From contig NC_092680.1 of NCBI RefSeq assembly GCF_964355755.1, positions 1,922,001-1,986,000 of the forward strand: a stretch of DNA of 64,000 nucleotides. Reading direction: 5' to 3'. This document shows positions 12,201-25,400 of the stretch, piece by piece. Under the pieces are notes generated by a model. It was not told the DNA's origin. It ran no database searches and was given only the letters and a program-made list of their open reading frames with translations. The DNA is from Antedon mediterranea. Its lineage: Eukaryota > Animalia > Echinodermata. The stretch's first letter is position 1. Every line of letters starts with the position of its first letter. The translations under genes were made by a program, and so were the position numbers.

Positions 12201-14275
12201 TGCTAAAATATAGCGATTTTTGCGCATACTCAAAGACTGATCAAATATCGGCATATTTTTGCTGAATTTTTAAGAAATCCCTGAATTATATGTAGAAATA
12301 TGTTCATAAATTGAAAGAGCATCATCATACGATGCTATGTACCAAATTTCATCAAAATCCGAGATGGTCAAAATTTTACCCCTTAAAAATCCCTGGGCTA
12401 TAGCTCAGGGATTTTTTAATGGTAAAATTTCGACCATCTTGGATTTTGCTGAAATTTTCTACATAGCATCATATGATGATGCTGAATAAATATATGCAAA
12501 AATATTCCCCCATATATGCGCAGAAGTGCTAAAATATAGCGATTTTTGCGCATAATCACAGACTGATCAAATATCGGCATATTTTTGCTGAATTTTTAAG
12601 AAATCCCTGAATTATATGTAGAAATATGTACATATATAGATAGATATAATGATGTTGAATAAATATATGCAAAAATATTCCTACATATATGCGCAGAAGT
12701 GCAAAAATATAGCGATTTTTGCGCATAATCAAAGACTGATCAAATATCGGCATATTTTTGCTGAATTTTAAAGAAATCCCTGAATTATATGCAGAAATAT
12801 GTTCATATATTGAAAGAGCATCATCATACGATGCTATGTACCAAATTTCATCAAAATCCGAGATGGTCAAAATTTTACCCCTTAAAAATCCCTGGGCTCA
12901 GGGATTTTTTAAGGGTAAAATTTCGACCATCTTGGATTTTGCTGAAATTTTGTACATAGCATCATATGATGATGCTGAATAAATATATGCAAAAATATTC
13001 CCACATATATGCGCAGAAGTGCTAAAATATAGCGATTTTTGCGTATACTCAAAGACTGATCAAATATCGGCATATTTTTGCTGAATTTTAAAGAAATCCC
13101 TGAATTATATGTAGAAATATGTACACATATAGATAGATATAATGATGCTGAATAAATATATGCAAAAATATTCCCACATATATGCGCAGAAGTGCAAAAA
13201 TATAGCACTTTTTGCGCATACTCTAAGAATTATCAAATATCGGCCTATTTTTGCTGATTTTTTTAGAAATCCCTGAATTATATGCAGAAATATGTTCATA
13301 TATTGAAAGAGCATCATCATACGATGCTATGTACCAAATTTCATCAAAATCCGAGATGGTCAAAATTTTACCCCTTAAAAATCCCTGGGCTATAAAATTT
13401 TGTACATAGCATCATATGATGATGCTGAATAAATATATGCAAAAATATTCCCACATATATGCGCAGAAGTGCTAAAATATAGCGATTTTTGCGCATACTC
13501 AAAGACTGATCAAATATCGGCATATTGTTGCTGAATTTTTAAGAAATCCCTTAATTATATGTAGAAATATGTACATATATAGATAGATATAATGATGCTG
13601 AATAAATATATGCAAAAATATTCCTACATATATGCGCAGAAGTGCAAAAATATAGCGATTTTTGCGCATAATCAAAGACTGATCAAATATTGGCATATTT
13701 TTGCTGCATTTTTAAGAAATCCCTGAATTATATGTAGAAATATGTACATATATAGATAGATATGATGATGCTGAATAAATATATGAAAAAATATTTCCAC
13801 ATATATGCGCAGAAATAAAAAAATATAGCACTATTTGCGCATACTCTCAGAATTATCAAATATCGGCCTATTTTGGCTGATTTTTTTTAGAAATCCCTGA
13901 ATTATATGCAAAAATAGGTTCATATATTGAAAGAGCATCATCATACGATGCTATGTACCAAATTTCATCAAAATCCGAGATGGTCAAAATTTTACCCCTA
14001 AAAAATCCCTGGGCAGCTCAGGGATTTTTTAAGGGTAAAATTTCGACCATCTTGGATTTTGCTGAAATTTTGTACATAGCATCATATGCACAACTTTTCC
14101 CATATATATGCGCAGAAGTGCAAAAATACCAAATTTCATCAAAATTTTACCCCTAAAAAATCCCTGATAGGGATTTTTTCGAAAAATGCCCAAAATATCT
14201 ACTTTTTAAATTTAAATTATTATGCAATAATATGGGTATATATGCACATATATTGCTTTGTATCATCTTATAGAG
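9219..14275. repeat. Palindromic higher-order tandem array (1269-bp period built from ~150-bp subunits and 78-bp inverted arms)
   Basis: Near-identical spurious ORFs recur at 10018/11287/12556 (spacing 1269); recurring CCCTG-ggct-CAGGG hairpin centres; ~100-bp direct repeat near both ends (9219-9324, 14170-14275). Confidence 0.95.
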
Positions 14276-15969
14276 AAATCTAACTAGACTAAGACTAGAT
14301 ATTAAATCAATAAAGGAGCACTTCTTTTGTCAAAAACGAGATTTTTCATCGTTTATTTATTCCTCTGAAACAATTCGGATTCTGACGCAAACGAACTTTC
14401 AATTGGATTGATGACATCATCAGCGGAACGTCCGCGGATTGGTTTAATTACTATACTGTACTTCGCTACTAAAATATCTATAATACATAACAATTTGGAT
14501 ATGCACATTTGAATAAACATTTGCGTATACACTTGCATGATTCTGTTAACAATAGTATTTATAAAATATAACAAGCTTTGAAAAATGTTAATATTAGAAA
14601 AAATTGTTTCATAAAAAATATTGTACAAAAATTAGCAGCAGTAGCAAACACGCAGGTTTTCCCTTGTAACATTGTAGATAGCTAGTAAACAATACCACCA
14701 TGTAAAGAATCATTATCCAATTAAAGATTATTAAAATTAATAACTTTATTAAATTAATCCTATCTTGAACATGAAACGATGTACTCTCTAAGCAGCAAAT
14801 GAAAAAGGTTTTCTTTATTAGTCAAACATGCTAAAAAAGTTTGTCTTTAAGTAACGTGACAAGATTTTAATACCATTCAAAGTTGCTCTGACATTAGATT
14901 CGAAAGTTGTTCCAATAAAGCCAGTACCTAACGAGAACTGTGATAAAGTGTAATAGATTCAGTGATTTAAATTAATTAAAATCAAACTGGTATTATTTAA
15001 ATAAACAAATTATGCTTGCTGTACATAGTATTTCATTTCATAATTCCTGTTATTAATAAACAAAAGATCTATTTTTAACCATATCACTTTGATTTGATTC
15101 TGTGAACCTACAGTATATGCGCAGTGATATCACAATAATTGTTTTCTGATTGTAAATAACAATATGCATATTTAAAATTGATATCTGAGGGAAGTGCGAG
15201 ATTAATCTCACGTTTCCATAATTTTATGATGAAGAAATTAATTCCATCATTATTTCACACACATACATGTATTGAGTTGCAGCGTTGTGTTTTGAACAGT
15301 TAAATATAAAAATGATAAATATAATGTCAGAAATCCTATTTATTATTTGTCGTTTGTTGCATATTTTAAGATTGCTAAATAATATGAATACAGTATAAAA
15401 GGTATGCCAAATGAAATACATTTAACTTCTGTTAAATTCTTCATATGGCTTTATAAAATATACAATATACAACATTAATATTTTTTTTTAAAGACGATGG
15501 TTTTTTTGTAATTTTGTTAAAATTCAGAAGTATTTTTTAATCTAATGAGTTTTTAAAAATAGTTTATTATTGATAAATCACTCTGGTAGATTAAAATATA
15601 CTAGTCTGTGGATTAAAATATTAGATTGAATTAAATTATATTTTTAGTCTACAAAAAATGATCTATTTTATGTGGAATTCTCGTTATAGTCTTGTATAAA
15701 TCTTGTTATAGATAATAATAAAATACCAAACTGGCCCATTTACTTTTTAAGTATTAAAATATATAAAGTTCAACAATGCTTTTCTATATCAGCAGACAAA
15801 TATATATTTCACTATTTTTAAAAAAATGATACAAATACAAATATTTTGAGAAAGAACATTACAGTGTGTAAGTTTCTAAATTAGCACCATATTTTTTCCA
15901 AATACACTCCTTTCCGAACAACATACTAAAAAATAATTTCAGTTGGTTGGAAGACGTCAATAAATGTTT

Positions 15970-16459
15970 TTAATTTTCTTTATCTTTAATTACATTTAAA
16001 TCAATATCAAGAACCATTATTTGATGCATTTTCTCCGCTAGTACATCGACGTTGAGTACCTCCTTGTTCTTCGGTGCTACACTGCCCTGTACTTGTAGAT
16101 GAAACACGGCTGGATTTCTAATTTCATTTTTAACTCGTAAGATAGCGATTCCTCCATCTTTCTTTTGTATGGTGAAGTTTTCGTGACCAGTAGAAAGCTT
16201 GTAATGCATGACGCCAATCTTCTTAGAATATGCCGTTACCAATTTCATGATGCGTACTTTCGGTTGCGCTTTCGACAGTGTTAAATTTATCTGTAGTACG
16301 TCACTCTCAGCTTGCAGATCGTAGATGCCATGATCGACGTCTGAAGCCTCGTTATCGTCTTCATCTCCTGCTGCTCGTCTCCTTCGACCGTTGGCGGTGT
16401 ATTGGCAAGAGTAGCACGGTTGAGATTGCGAGTCAAGTCCATATGTAGAAACACAAGCG
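15970..16459 (-). CDS. FBN: Fibrillin last exon: CYSC motif, furin site RRRR, 134-aa C-terminal propeptide
   Basis: [28 protein letters not shown]|AAGDED...IKDKEN*; phase matches the previous exon. Confidence 0.92.
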
Positions 16460-19400
16460 CTTCGATTGAAAAAGAAAGATTGAATAGTCGTGTGACTGAG
16501 TAGTTAAGGCAGCTAAGGATCAATAGCCATGGTTGCGCAGTTAAGGCAGGTAAGGATCAATAGCCGTGGCTGAGCAGTTAAGGCAGGTAAGGATCAATAG
16601 CCGTGGCTGAGCAGTTAAGGCAGGTAAGGATCAATAGCCGTGGCTGAGAAGTTAAGGCAGCTAAGTATCAATAGCCATGGTTGAGCAGTTAAGGCAGGTA
16701 AGGGTCAATAGCCATGGCTGAGCAGTTAAGGCAGGTAAGGGTCAATAGCCATGGCTGAGCAGTTAAGGCAGCTAAGGATCAATAGCTATGGCTGAGTAGT
16801 TAAGGTAGCTAAGGACCAATAGCCATGGCTGCGCAGTTATGGGAACTAAGGATCAATTATGTTATATAAAGCAATTTTTAAACATATCAACAAAACAAGT
16901 TTTATTGTTGAGATCAACTTTGTATTAAATAACACTACTTACCCTTGGGCAACTGTAATGTAACCTGGTGGGCAACCACATGAGAAGCTACCTTGAGTGT
17001 TATCACATCCATAAGAACATGGTGATAGCCTATCACATTCATTAACATCTAAAAATAATCAATATTTATACAGTATGTTTAAATGATGACAATGCTCCGC
17101 GTTCTAGTAAAAAATTATCAAATAATTACCGTCAACAAGTTTTTATTAAACAATTGGTCAATAATTTTGAAACTTCTATCAATTTTATATCAAGAATTTA
17201 CAGTATAGCTCAGTTATGGATTTGTTTCAGCGCAGTAAGTAAGTAAGTACAATAGTAATGAATAAAACTACCAAATTTGAGAACTACAGTATCTGGGCCT
17301 CACTATGCACAAGAGGCACATTTGCAAATAACTAGTGTATATGATCGAATAAAATCACATGATCATTTCCACCTCTTAATTTAGACCATTAAGGCTAACA
17401 AGCCTGCTTCAGCTTACCTTGACAGCCTGACTGATAATTATCATATTCAAAGCCAGTATTACAGTTACATGAGTAACTTCCATCTGTATTTACGCACTGT
17501 GCATTGCCACACATACCAGGTGATAGACATTCATTCTCATCTAAAACAATATAAATATGACTAAAATTAATAATAGAATGGCTGTATATGGGCCAAAAAG
17601 CCCCCTTAACCCTGCCACACTCTATCGAAAGAAGATAGACTGTGGCGATTAAAGGTAAATTCAAGGTAAATATATTTACTAATTATATAATGAGAAATAA
17701 ACTAATGACTAAGTGTGTTATTATGTAAATATCACATTTAAATTGCACTCTTTTCACGAATAAACATGTCTGAATGCGCTTTACATAACGAATGGACATG
17801 GAAATAACTGTACTTGATTTTCATCTACATGCTTCTTCCCCATAAAGGCAAATTTACATAGAAAAGCAGTAACGGTACTACAAATAGAAACTATGTTACT
17901 TCTTATGACCATTTACATAAACATGAAGAAGACCGATGATTTCTGCTCAGGATAGACACAGATTCTAGGTGGGACAAGCTACACGATTTTCAGCTTACAG
18001 TTACCGCTTGTCTGTGTGAATTGGCCTTGTTATGTACAACAAGGTAATCATATAGAATAAAGTGAATATGCATACCTCTACAGTGACTGCCATATGCATA
18101 TGGGATGTAGCCAGCTGGACAATTACACTGGTATCCACCTACAGAGTTCTCACAATCATACTGACACCTGCCTTGCATCGAACACTCATCCAAATCTGCC
18201 AAAATTCAAACATTGACATTGTTAATGTCAAATTATATAATTTGGTTATATAGAAAGCAAGAGAATGGCAGAGAGATATTGAAGTTGAGTACCACACTAG
18301 ATTTACATAGTGAGTGAAGCTAAAAAGATTACATATTGCATATTATATAACAAATTCCTGTCATTTGATTGGACAATTGTGGGTCACATGACATGCAATA
18401 TGCACTATTGAACGGTTTCTTACCAATACACTGAGTACCAGCTTCATCCAATCGGAATCCTCGTTTACAGTCACATCTGTAGCTGCCTTGCATGTTATGG
18501 CAGATACCGTGAGCGCCACAAATCTGAGGATCTGTTGTACACTCATCTATGTCTGTTGAAACGAATTTTAATTAGCATTTAATGGAAGAGCATTTTCTTA
18601 CATTGCATAGGTTGCGCTACGTTGCGTCGCTAGTGGGAACCACACTTAAGGGATCGGACTAGTGTGAGAGGTATGCGTTTTATTGTTAGTATCACTAAGC
18701 AAGATGATAGTTTCAGAATTTGATACACTATTCATTAAGTGTAGAGAATTTTGTCCATGTGTGTTGATCTGGGTAGTCCCTGCACTGCTAGCTGGCCAAA
18801 TTTTGTACATTTATATTTTTATATTACATTTAAGGACAGACTACATGTAATAGAATAGACACTGGAACTTGGGATGGTAAAGTCAAACAAATATTTATAC
18901 ACTATTTTAACCTACCAATGCAGTTAAGTCCACTTTGACGATATCCATCTGGACAAGAACAGAGGAAACTTCCTTGTGTGTTGGTACATTGATATTGACA
19001 ACTATGGCGGCCAGAGGCACATTCATCAATATCTAAAACACAAATGCAATGTCTTTAATGCAATATTTTGTAAGTAGTAGTTTTGGTAGCTTGGTATCTA
19101 CATTCATTTATTAGTTAGGGTAAGAAAAGGAGATGAAGAGAAGGAATCGTTGGGTAATTGGCTTCTATCTCCAAGATGTGGTGTCTTTACAATTTTGAAA
19201 CACCGCTTTCCCCACCCCTATAATAATGAAATAAAACTTTCTTTAAAGCTCTGTGTACACTATCAAACTAGTTTAACAAAAAAAGTGTGATGTACCCAAA
19301 TATGGTAGTGATATACCCAAATATGGTAGTGATATGACATCATCATCATGTCCATATATGGGCACATCATTTTTTTTTTTTCACATAAATTTTGATAGTG

Positions 19401-22400
19401 TAGACAGAGCTTAAGATGTACTTTAATTGTTTACATACCAACACAAGTAGCACCATCCGGTGAAAGCTGGAATCCTACATGGCAACTACAGCTATAACTT
19501 CCAATCGTGTTGGTACACTTGAACGGACAAGGTGATTGAGGGCGCTTGCATTCGTCCTCATCAACGCAGTGTGTGCCATCAGGATGCAGAATGTAACCAA
19601 CATTGCACTGACACAGGAATGACCCCTGGTTGTTCAAACAACGGCCATTCTCGCAAATGTCGGGTAGTACTTGGCATTCGTTGATATCGTTGCAATCTCT
19701 GTTGTAGCCTGCTCCACATGTACACATCTGCATGTATGGTGCTAACAAATGAAAATACACCCTAATTAAATACATTTTTTATCAGACCAAACCTTCAGGA
19801 GACACCTCTATTTATGAGACACTTCTATTCAGGAGACACCTCTATTCAGGAGACACCTCTATTCAGGAGACACCTCTATTTATGAGACACATCTATTCAG
19901 GTGACAACTCTATAAGGAGAGTTCCATTTCCATTTCAACACTATGGTAAAACTCTATTCAAGGATCACCCCTATTAAAGGGACACTTAGGTCCCATCCTC
20001 TTTTAGGAGTTCAATTGTATAGAGATATCCATGGTTTATTTCCATATCCGTATATAGGAAAAAATATAATGAAAAAAAATAAAAATCTTACTTGATCCAA
20101 ACATAGGGCAGTGTTCGCAGTTCTGTCCCCAGGCCTTGCCTCCTCCACAACAGCATTCATCTAACGTAACTGGGCCTAGCACGGCTGATGGTGCTGTACA
20201 TATGCCCTGAGGTAGATCCGCAAAACATGAGCCAACACGATTATCTTAATAAATAAACAAACAACAAAAAATATTTAAATCTCAACATACTGCTCTAAAA
20301 TATGTTAAAAAAACTTTGAAACTGCACAATGGATTAAGGAAATTTAAATCCTAACAAAGGGTTGCCATAAATCATAGAAATAAAAATGGCACAGCAATAA
20401 GTTCTGGTTGTAAAATGAGGAATGGACTTAAAACTGGAGCTCCAGTGTCCACATCTGCCTAATGTGTACTTTCAAGAACTCATACGTACATCTTTTCAAT
20501 TTTATCATGGCATTCCAAATTTAATATATTGTATATAGTGTATAAAAGCTAAATATAATTAGCTAAATTGGTCAACGTTATATTGTTATCCCTTCTATTT
20601 AACTTAACTTTTTTCTATAGTTGTATATTAAAAACATGATGAAACAACTATGTATGTATGTACAGATTAAACCTCATGCTCAATCAATGGTATCTTACCT
20701 AGACACCTGAGTCTATCTGGGCTTGGTACATATCCTGTGTTGCAATCACATTCATAGCTGCCTTCTATGTTAATACATCGGCCATTTTGACACAGATTAC
20801 GATTGTTTTGGCATTCGTTAATATCTGAAAAATAAATAAAATTGTATTTGGAAACTTAAAAGAGATAGAATAAATGTTTCTTTCTTTACATAAATGGTAA
20901 CAATTTATTAAATAGAAGGTTTCAAATTCTTATTTTTTACAGATTTGTTTGTTAACTATTTATAATCATACCCATCAACCAATCAGATAGTGCCATATTA
21001 AGCATATGCAGATTCAAAGGCGGCCACCTGACCGCCTTTAAATTTAGAAAAATACAATTCAAAATATAGAACATTACTTTACAATTCTTAGGCTCCTTTA
21101 TTTTAAAATTATAAATTCGCTATTGCTAATCACGTGTTTTAACATTTAACTATACAAAATATAACAAAATCGGTAAAACCTCACCAATACAAACATCTCC
21201 TCTTCGGTTAATAGCTCTCATACCAGGTGGACACATGCATCGGAATGTACCAATCAGATTCTTGCAATCAAATTTACAATTATTGGCAGATGTCAAACAT
21301 TCATCTAAATCTGAAATGACATAAAAGAAAATTAGAAATAGAACACTAGATATATATATCACGTTGATACTGTGTGTGAGCGGTTCTGGACATATATCAG
21401 AGTTTTAAAATATTTAAATGTCTCATCTATTATATTCTACTAAAACATAAAATATTAAAATCTCCCTCTATACATACATACATTTATTAATTTCTATCAA
21501 TGGTGAACAATACAAAAATAAATGGTAATATACACAATGAAACAATACCATAGAGGATCTTGCAAGAAGAAAATTTCTTGTCACGCAAGACCATAAACGA
21601 AAAGAAAAAATGCACACAACTCCACAATTAGAGTACAGTCAACTCTCCCAATACCGGACACCTTTGGGCCGGCCAAATAAGTCTGGTTTTCCGGAAAGTC
21701 TGGTATTCGGAATGTGTTTTTAATGGTAAAATTAAATTTGGGACCTTTTGGTCCTCAAAAAAAGTCTGGTATTGGGAGAGTTTCTGGTTTTCAGAGAGTC
21801 CGGTATTGGGAGAGTTGACTGTATATATAAAAGTAAATATATTAAAGTCTCATATATGAAGCTTTGGTAGTGTAAAACTCTGTCTACAATATCAAACTTT
21901 TTTGTCAAACTATTGAAGACATATAGCTTAAATGTATTGGCCATCATAAAAATCCTACTATGACAGGATTTGACACGATAACCCTGGGATTGGTAAGTAA
22001 GCATGTCAACTACCAAGCCATAGTGTTACTATAACAGATAACTAAAATTCATCTTACCTTCACAGCTTTTACCATCAGGTTTGAGAGTATAGCCTCTGGG
22101 ACAGATACATTCAAATGAGCCTGGCAAATTCTTGCAACGGAAAGCACAGAAATTACGGTTGCGATGGCACTCATTGATATCTACATTGAAAACATTTTTG
22201 TTTTAAAATATTTCATACATAATGATAAATTTAACTTTCCTTGCAGAATTCAAACTCGGATTTGGTCCAGTAACCAATTTTTAACAGACATGTACAGTGT
22301 GTACAGAATGAGTTTAGTGTGAACGGGTCTATTCTTAAACACTGTGTGTGAATGTAGGTTTAAATGTCTGTATACCTTCACATACACCAGTGTAACCTGG

Positions 22401-25400
22401 TTGAAATCCTGGGCCGCATTCACAGAAGAAACCACCTTCACTGTTTATACATGTGCTATTGTAACCACACATCTCTACATGCTCAATGCACTCATTAGAA
22501 TCTGAAAGCAGAAAGAATTTTAACTGTAAATAAAGATAGTCGAGTCAAGTGGCAGAACAGGCAGGGTGCCACAAACCAAAGTCATAATATCAGCACAGGT
22601 TCAAGAATTTCCTCAATCAAGTCTTCTCATGTTTACTGTAAGTCTCAATTTAGTTTATGGACTTTGTAGTAATGTCTAAATTGATAAAAGTGAAGATAAG
22701 ATTTTCATTTTCGCCGATCAACAGTAGATTAACACTATGAAGTCTTTTATATTTCTATGGACAACCAAACTTTTGATGGACCCCTAAATGTAAAAGATTT
22801 TCACTAGCCACTGTATAAAAAGTACATCGTTTTAAACATAGATAAGGTAACATATTCACTCCTAAAGACTTGTAATAAGATGTAGAGAATAGTGTGTATA
22901 TGTTTGTCTTGTGAACAGGGAATTCGATTATGGTTGTCCTTGGCAATTTACCTAAATATAAAAACAAAACAAAAACAAAACAATATTATAACATTACCTA
23001 TACAGTTCCTTTCTTCAGCATCCAGTTTATAGCCTTCATCACATTCACAACGGAATGAACCATCCATGTTGACACATCGTCCGTTGTTACAGATGTCTGT
23101 GAACACCTTACATTCATTGATATCTTCATAAATATCAGGATTTCGTATATTGGCATAACCTTTACCGTTTGGACACAGGTTAAGGAAATCAGCTGTCAAA
23201 ACAATTAGAGGTTAGTTAGCAGGACTGTATATATTTGTTATACTTTATGAAACATATTCAACTACATAGTCATAATACACACAATGCAAATGATTATATT
23301 TTACCTAAATGTAAACACAATTTGATTAAGAACTCTATTAAAAAAAAACAATGTTTATATGCACTCCTGACAAGGGAAATAGATTTTTGCTGCCAATTTC
23401 GTCTACAAGATCTACAAATTAAGTTTAAGAATCACTTACGATCAACTTCTGTTGGACATACAGTACATGGCTCTGATCCCCAACCTGAGCCAAAGGTACA
23501 ACAGCACTCGCGTTTGGTAATATTTTGAGGTAAAGCGTCTCGACATGTATTATCAACAATGTTTATGAAACAGTTACCCTGTCTCATATCTAAATGAAAA
23601 CGAAAACTCATTAAATATAATAATAAAACAAACAACCCCTAAATTAATATGAAACTCTCTATGAAGAGCTTATGCATATACGATATGGTTTAATGACAAA
23701 TACCTGTGACTATTTTGTCAATGCAATGATAACCACAGTTATTAAAGTAACATCATTGGCTTCCCAACAAATTCAACTCAATTTTATTTTCATAAGATAC
23801 ATCATTATGTAATAGCATGAGAGTTTTTGTTAAATTCCAAATTCTATTGACTGAATACACATCCAACTACAAAGTAGCACACATGTTTTATGTAATACAT
23901 AGGCATCAACTTTTATGATAATACAACATTAAAGATATAAATGATAACTCACCAACACATTTAGTTCCATCCAGTGTGAGTAGGAAGCCATCTGGACACA
24001 TACATTGGAAGTTACCTTCTGTGTTGCGACAAACTCCATCGTAACAAATTCCAGGTATTAGATCGCACTCATTTTGATCTGTAAAAGGTTGTAAATATAT
24101 ATTGATTTGGCATTCCAGTTTGGGAGTCGCATAAGCAGAAAACATACTGTAGCTTAAAGGACGTGCACCTCCCTAATCATGACTTATGATGAGTGGCTGT
24201 GTGTGACAATTCAGCCATTTAAAAATTATTATTTAGGCTTACTTTATTTGTTTTGGAAACACTGCAAGTCTAACTTCACTAGTGATTATTTGTCATGTAA
24301 AGCTTTAAACAATATTAGTACAAATTTAATGATAACATCAAAATATATATCCATGTAGACCTTTAAACAATTTTATTAAATTGTTTCTATTAAACTTACC
24401 AACACATTCAAAGCCGTTGCTGGCTAATTCAAATCCTGTGTCACAAATACATCTGAAGGAACCAAACACATTCTCACATCGACCATTATTACATATCCCT
24501 AGCTGCTCTAAGCATTCGTTACGATCTGAAACATTGAAAAACATTTTTTATTTATATTTTTTTCCAAATTTCATACTTTTAAAGACCACAAATTGTGATT
24601 AAGGTTAACAGTGTAGACAGAACTTAAGCACTTATATCCTGAAGGTTCCTTCCATCTCTATGGATGCCAGGCCTGCAAATAACCTACTCTGTCTAATCAG
24701 AGAAGAGTGTAATTTCACTCTTCCCTCGTCTCATTATCATAATGATACTAAATATACTATACAGGTATATATAATACCAGAGTGACTCTTCCCTGATAAT
24801 ACTAATAAAACTAAATTACTAGAAAATTATATTGATTAGGCCTACCTTCACAGTTCCTTTCATCAAAACTGACTTTGAATCCTTCTTGACACTGGCATTC
24901 AAAGCTACCAGGAGTGTTTGTACAGAATCCATTATTACATACAACACCAAGTTCTAAACACTCATTGATATCTGCAGAAGAAAGTTAGAATTTTTATTTC
25001 AGAACCCTCCTTGCCATGTAATGTATAAGGCAGTTCAACCGTTGCTCACAAGTCAAGTCAGGATTTTTTTTACATTTATTTATTCAACCTTATTTATAAA
25101 GGGTGACTTTAAACAGCATATGCTGACAATCAAGGGGCCCTCTGATGAGTTATGTTAAGTGTTGCAGTGGGTGTGTGTATACTATTACACCGGGATAACC
25201 CCCTACTCGTCTCAAAAGATGTATAGGTTCTTTAAAGTGCACATGAGATAGATATGAACATTTGACATACGGTGTATAGTCCTCCCGCTCACCTCAGCAT
25301 GAATGATTTAAATATTTTACTTACCAACACAGTCTTTGTTGTGACTTTGCCTGAAACCAGGGAAGCAACTGCAAGTGAATGTTCCAAAATCGTTGAAACA

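Noticed and set aside
9229-14283. Many 65-104 aa ORFs on both strands
   Set aside because: They recur with the 1269-bp period and are artefacts of the tandem array; no domain recognisable.
16493-16856. CRISPR-like regular 37-bp repeats
   Set aside because: Units are contiguous with no unique spacers, lie in a eukaryotic intron, and there are no cas genes.
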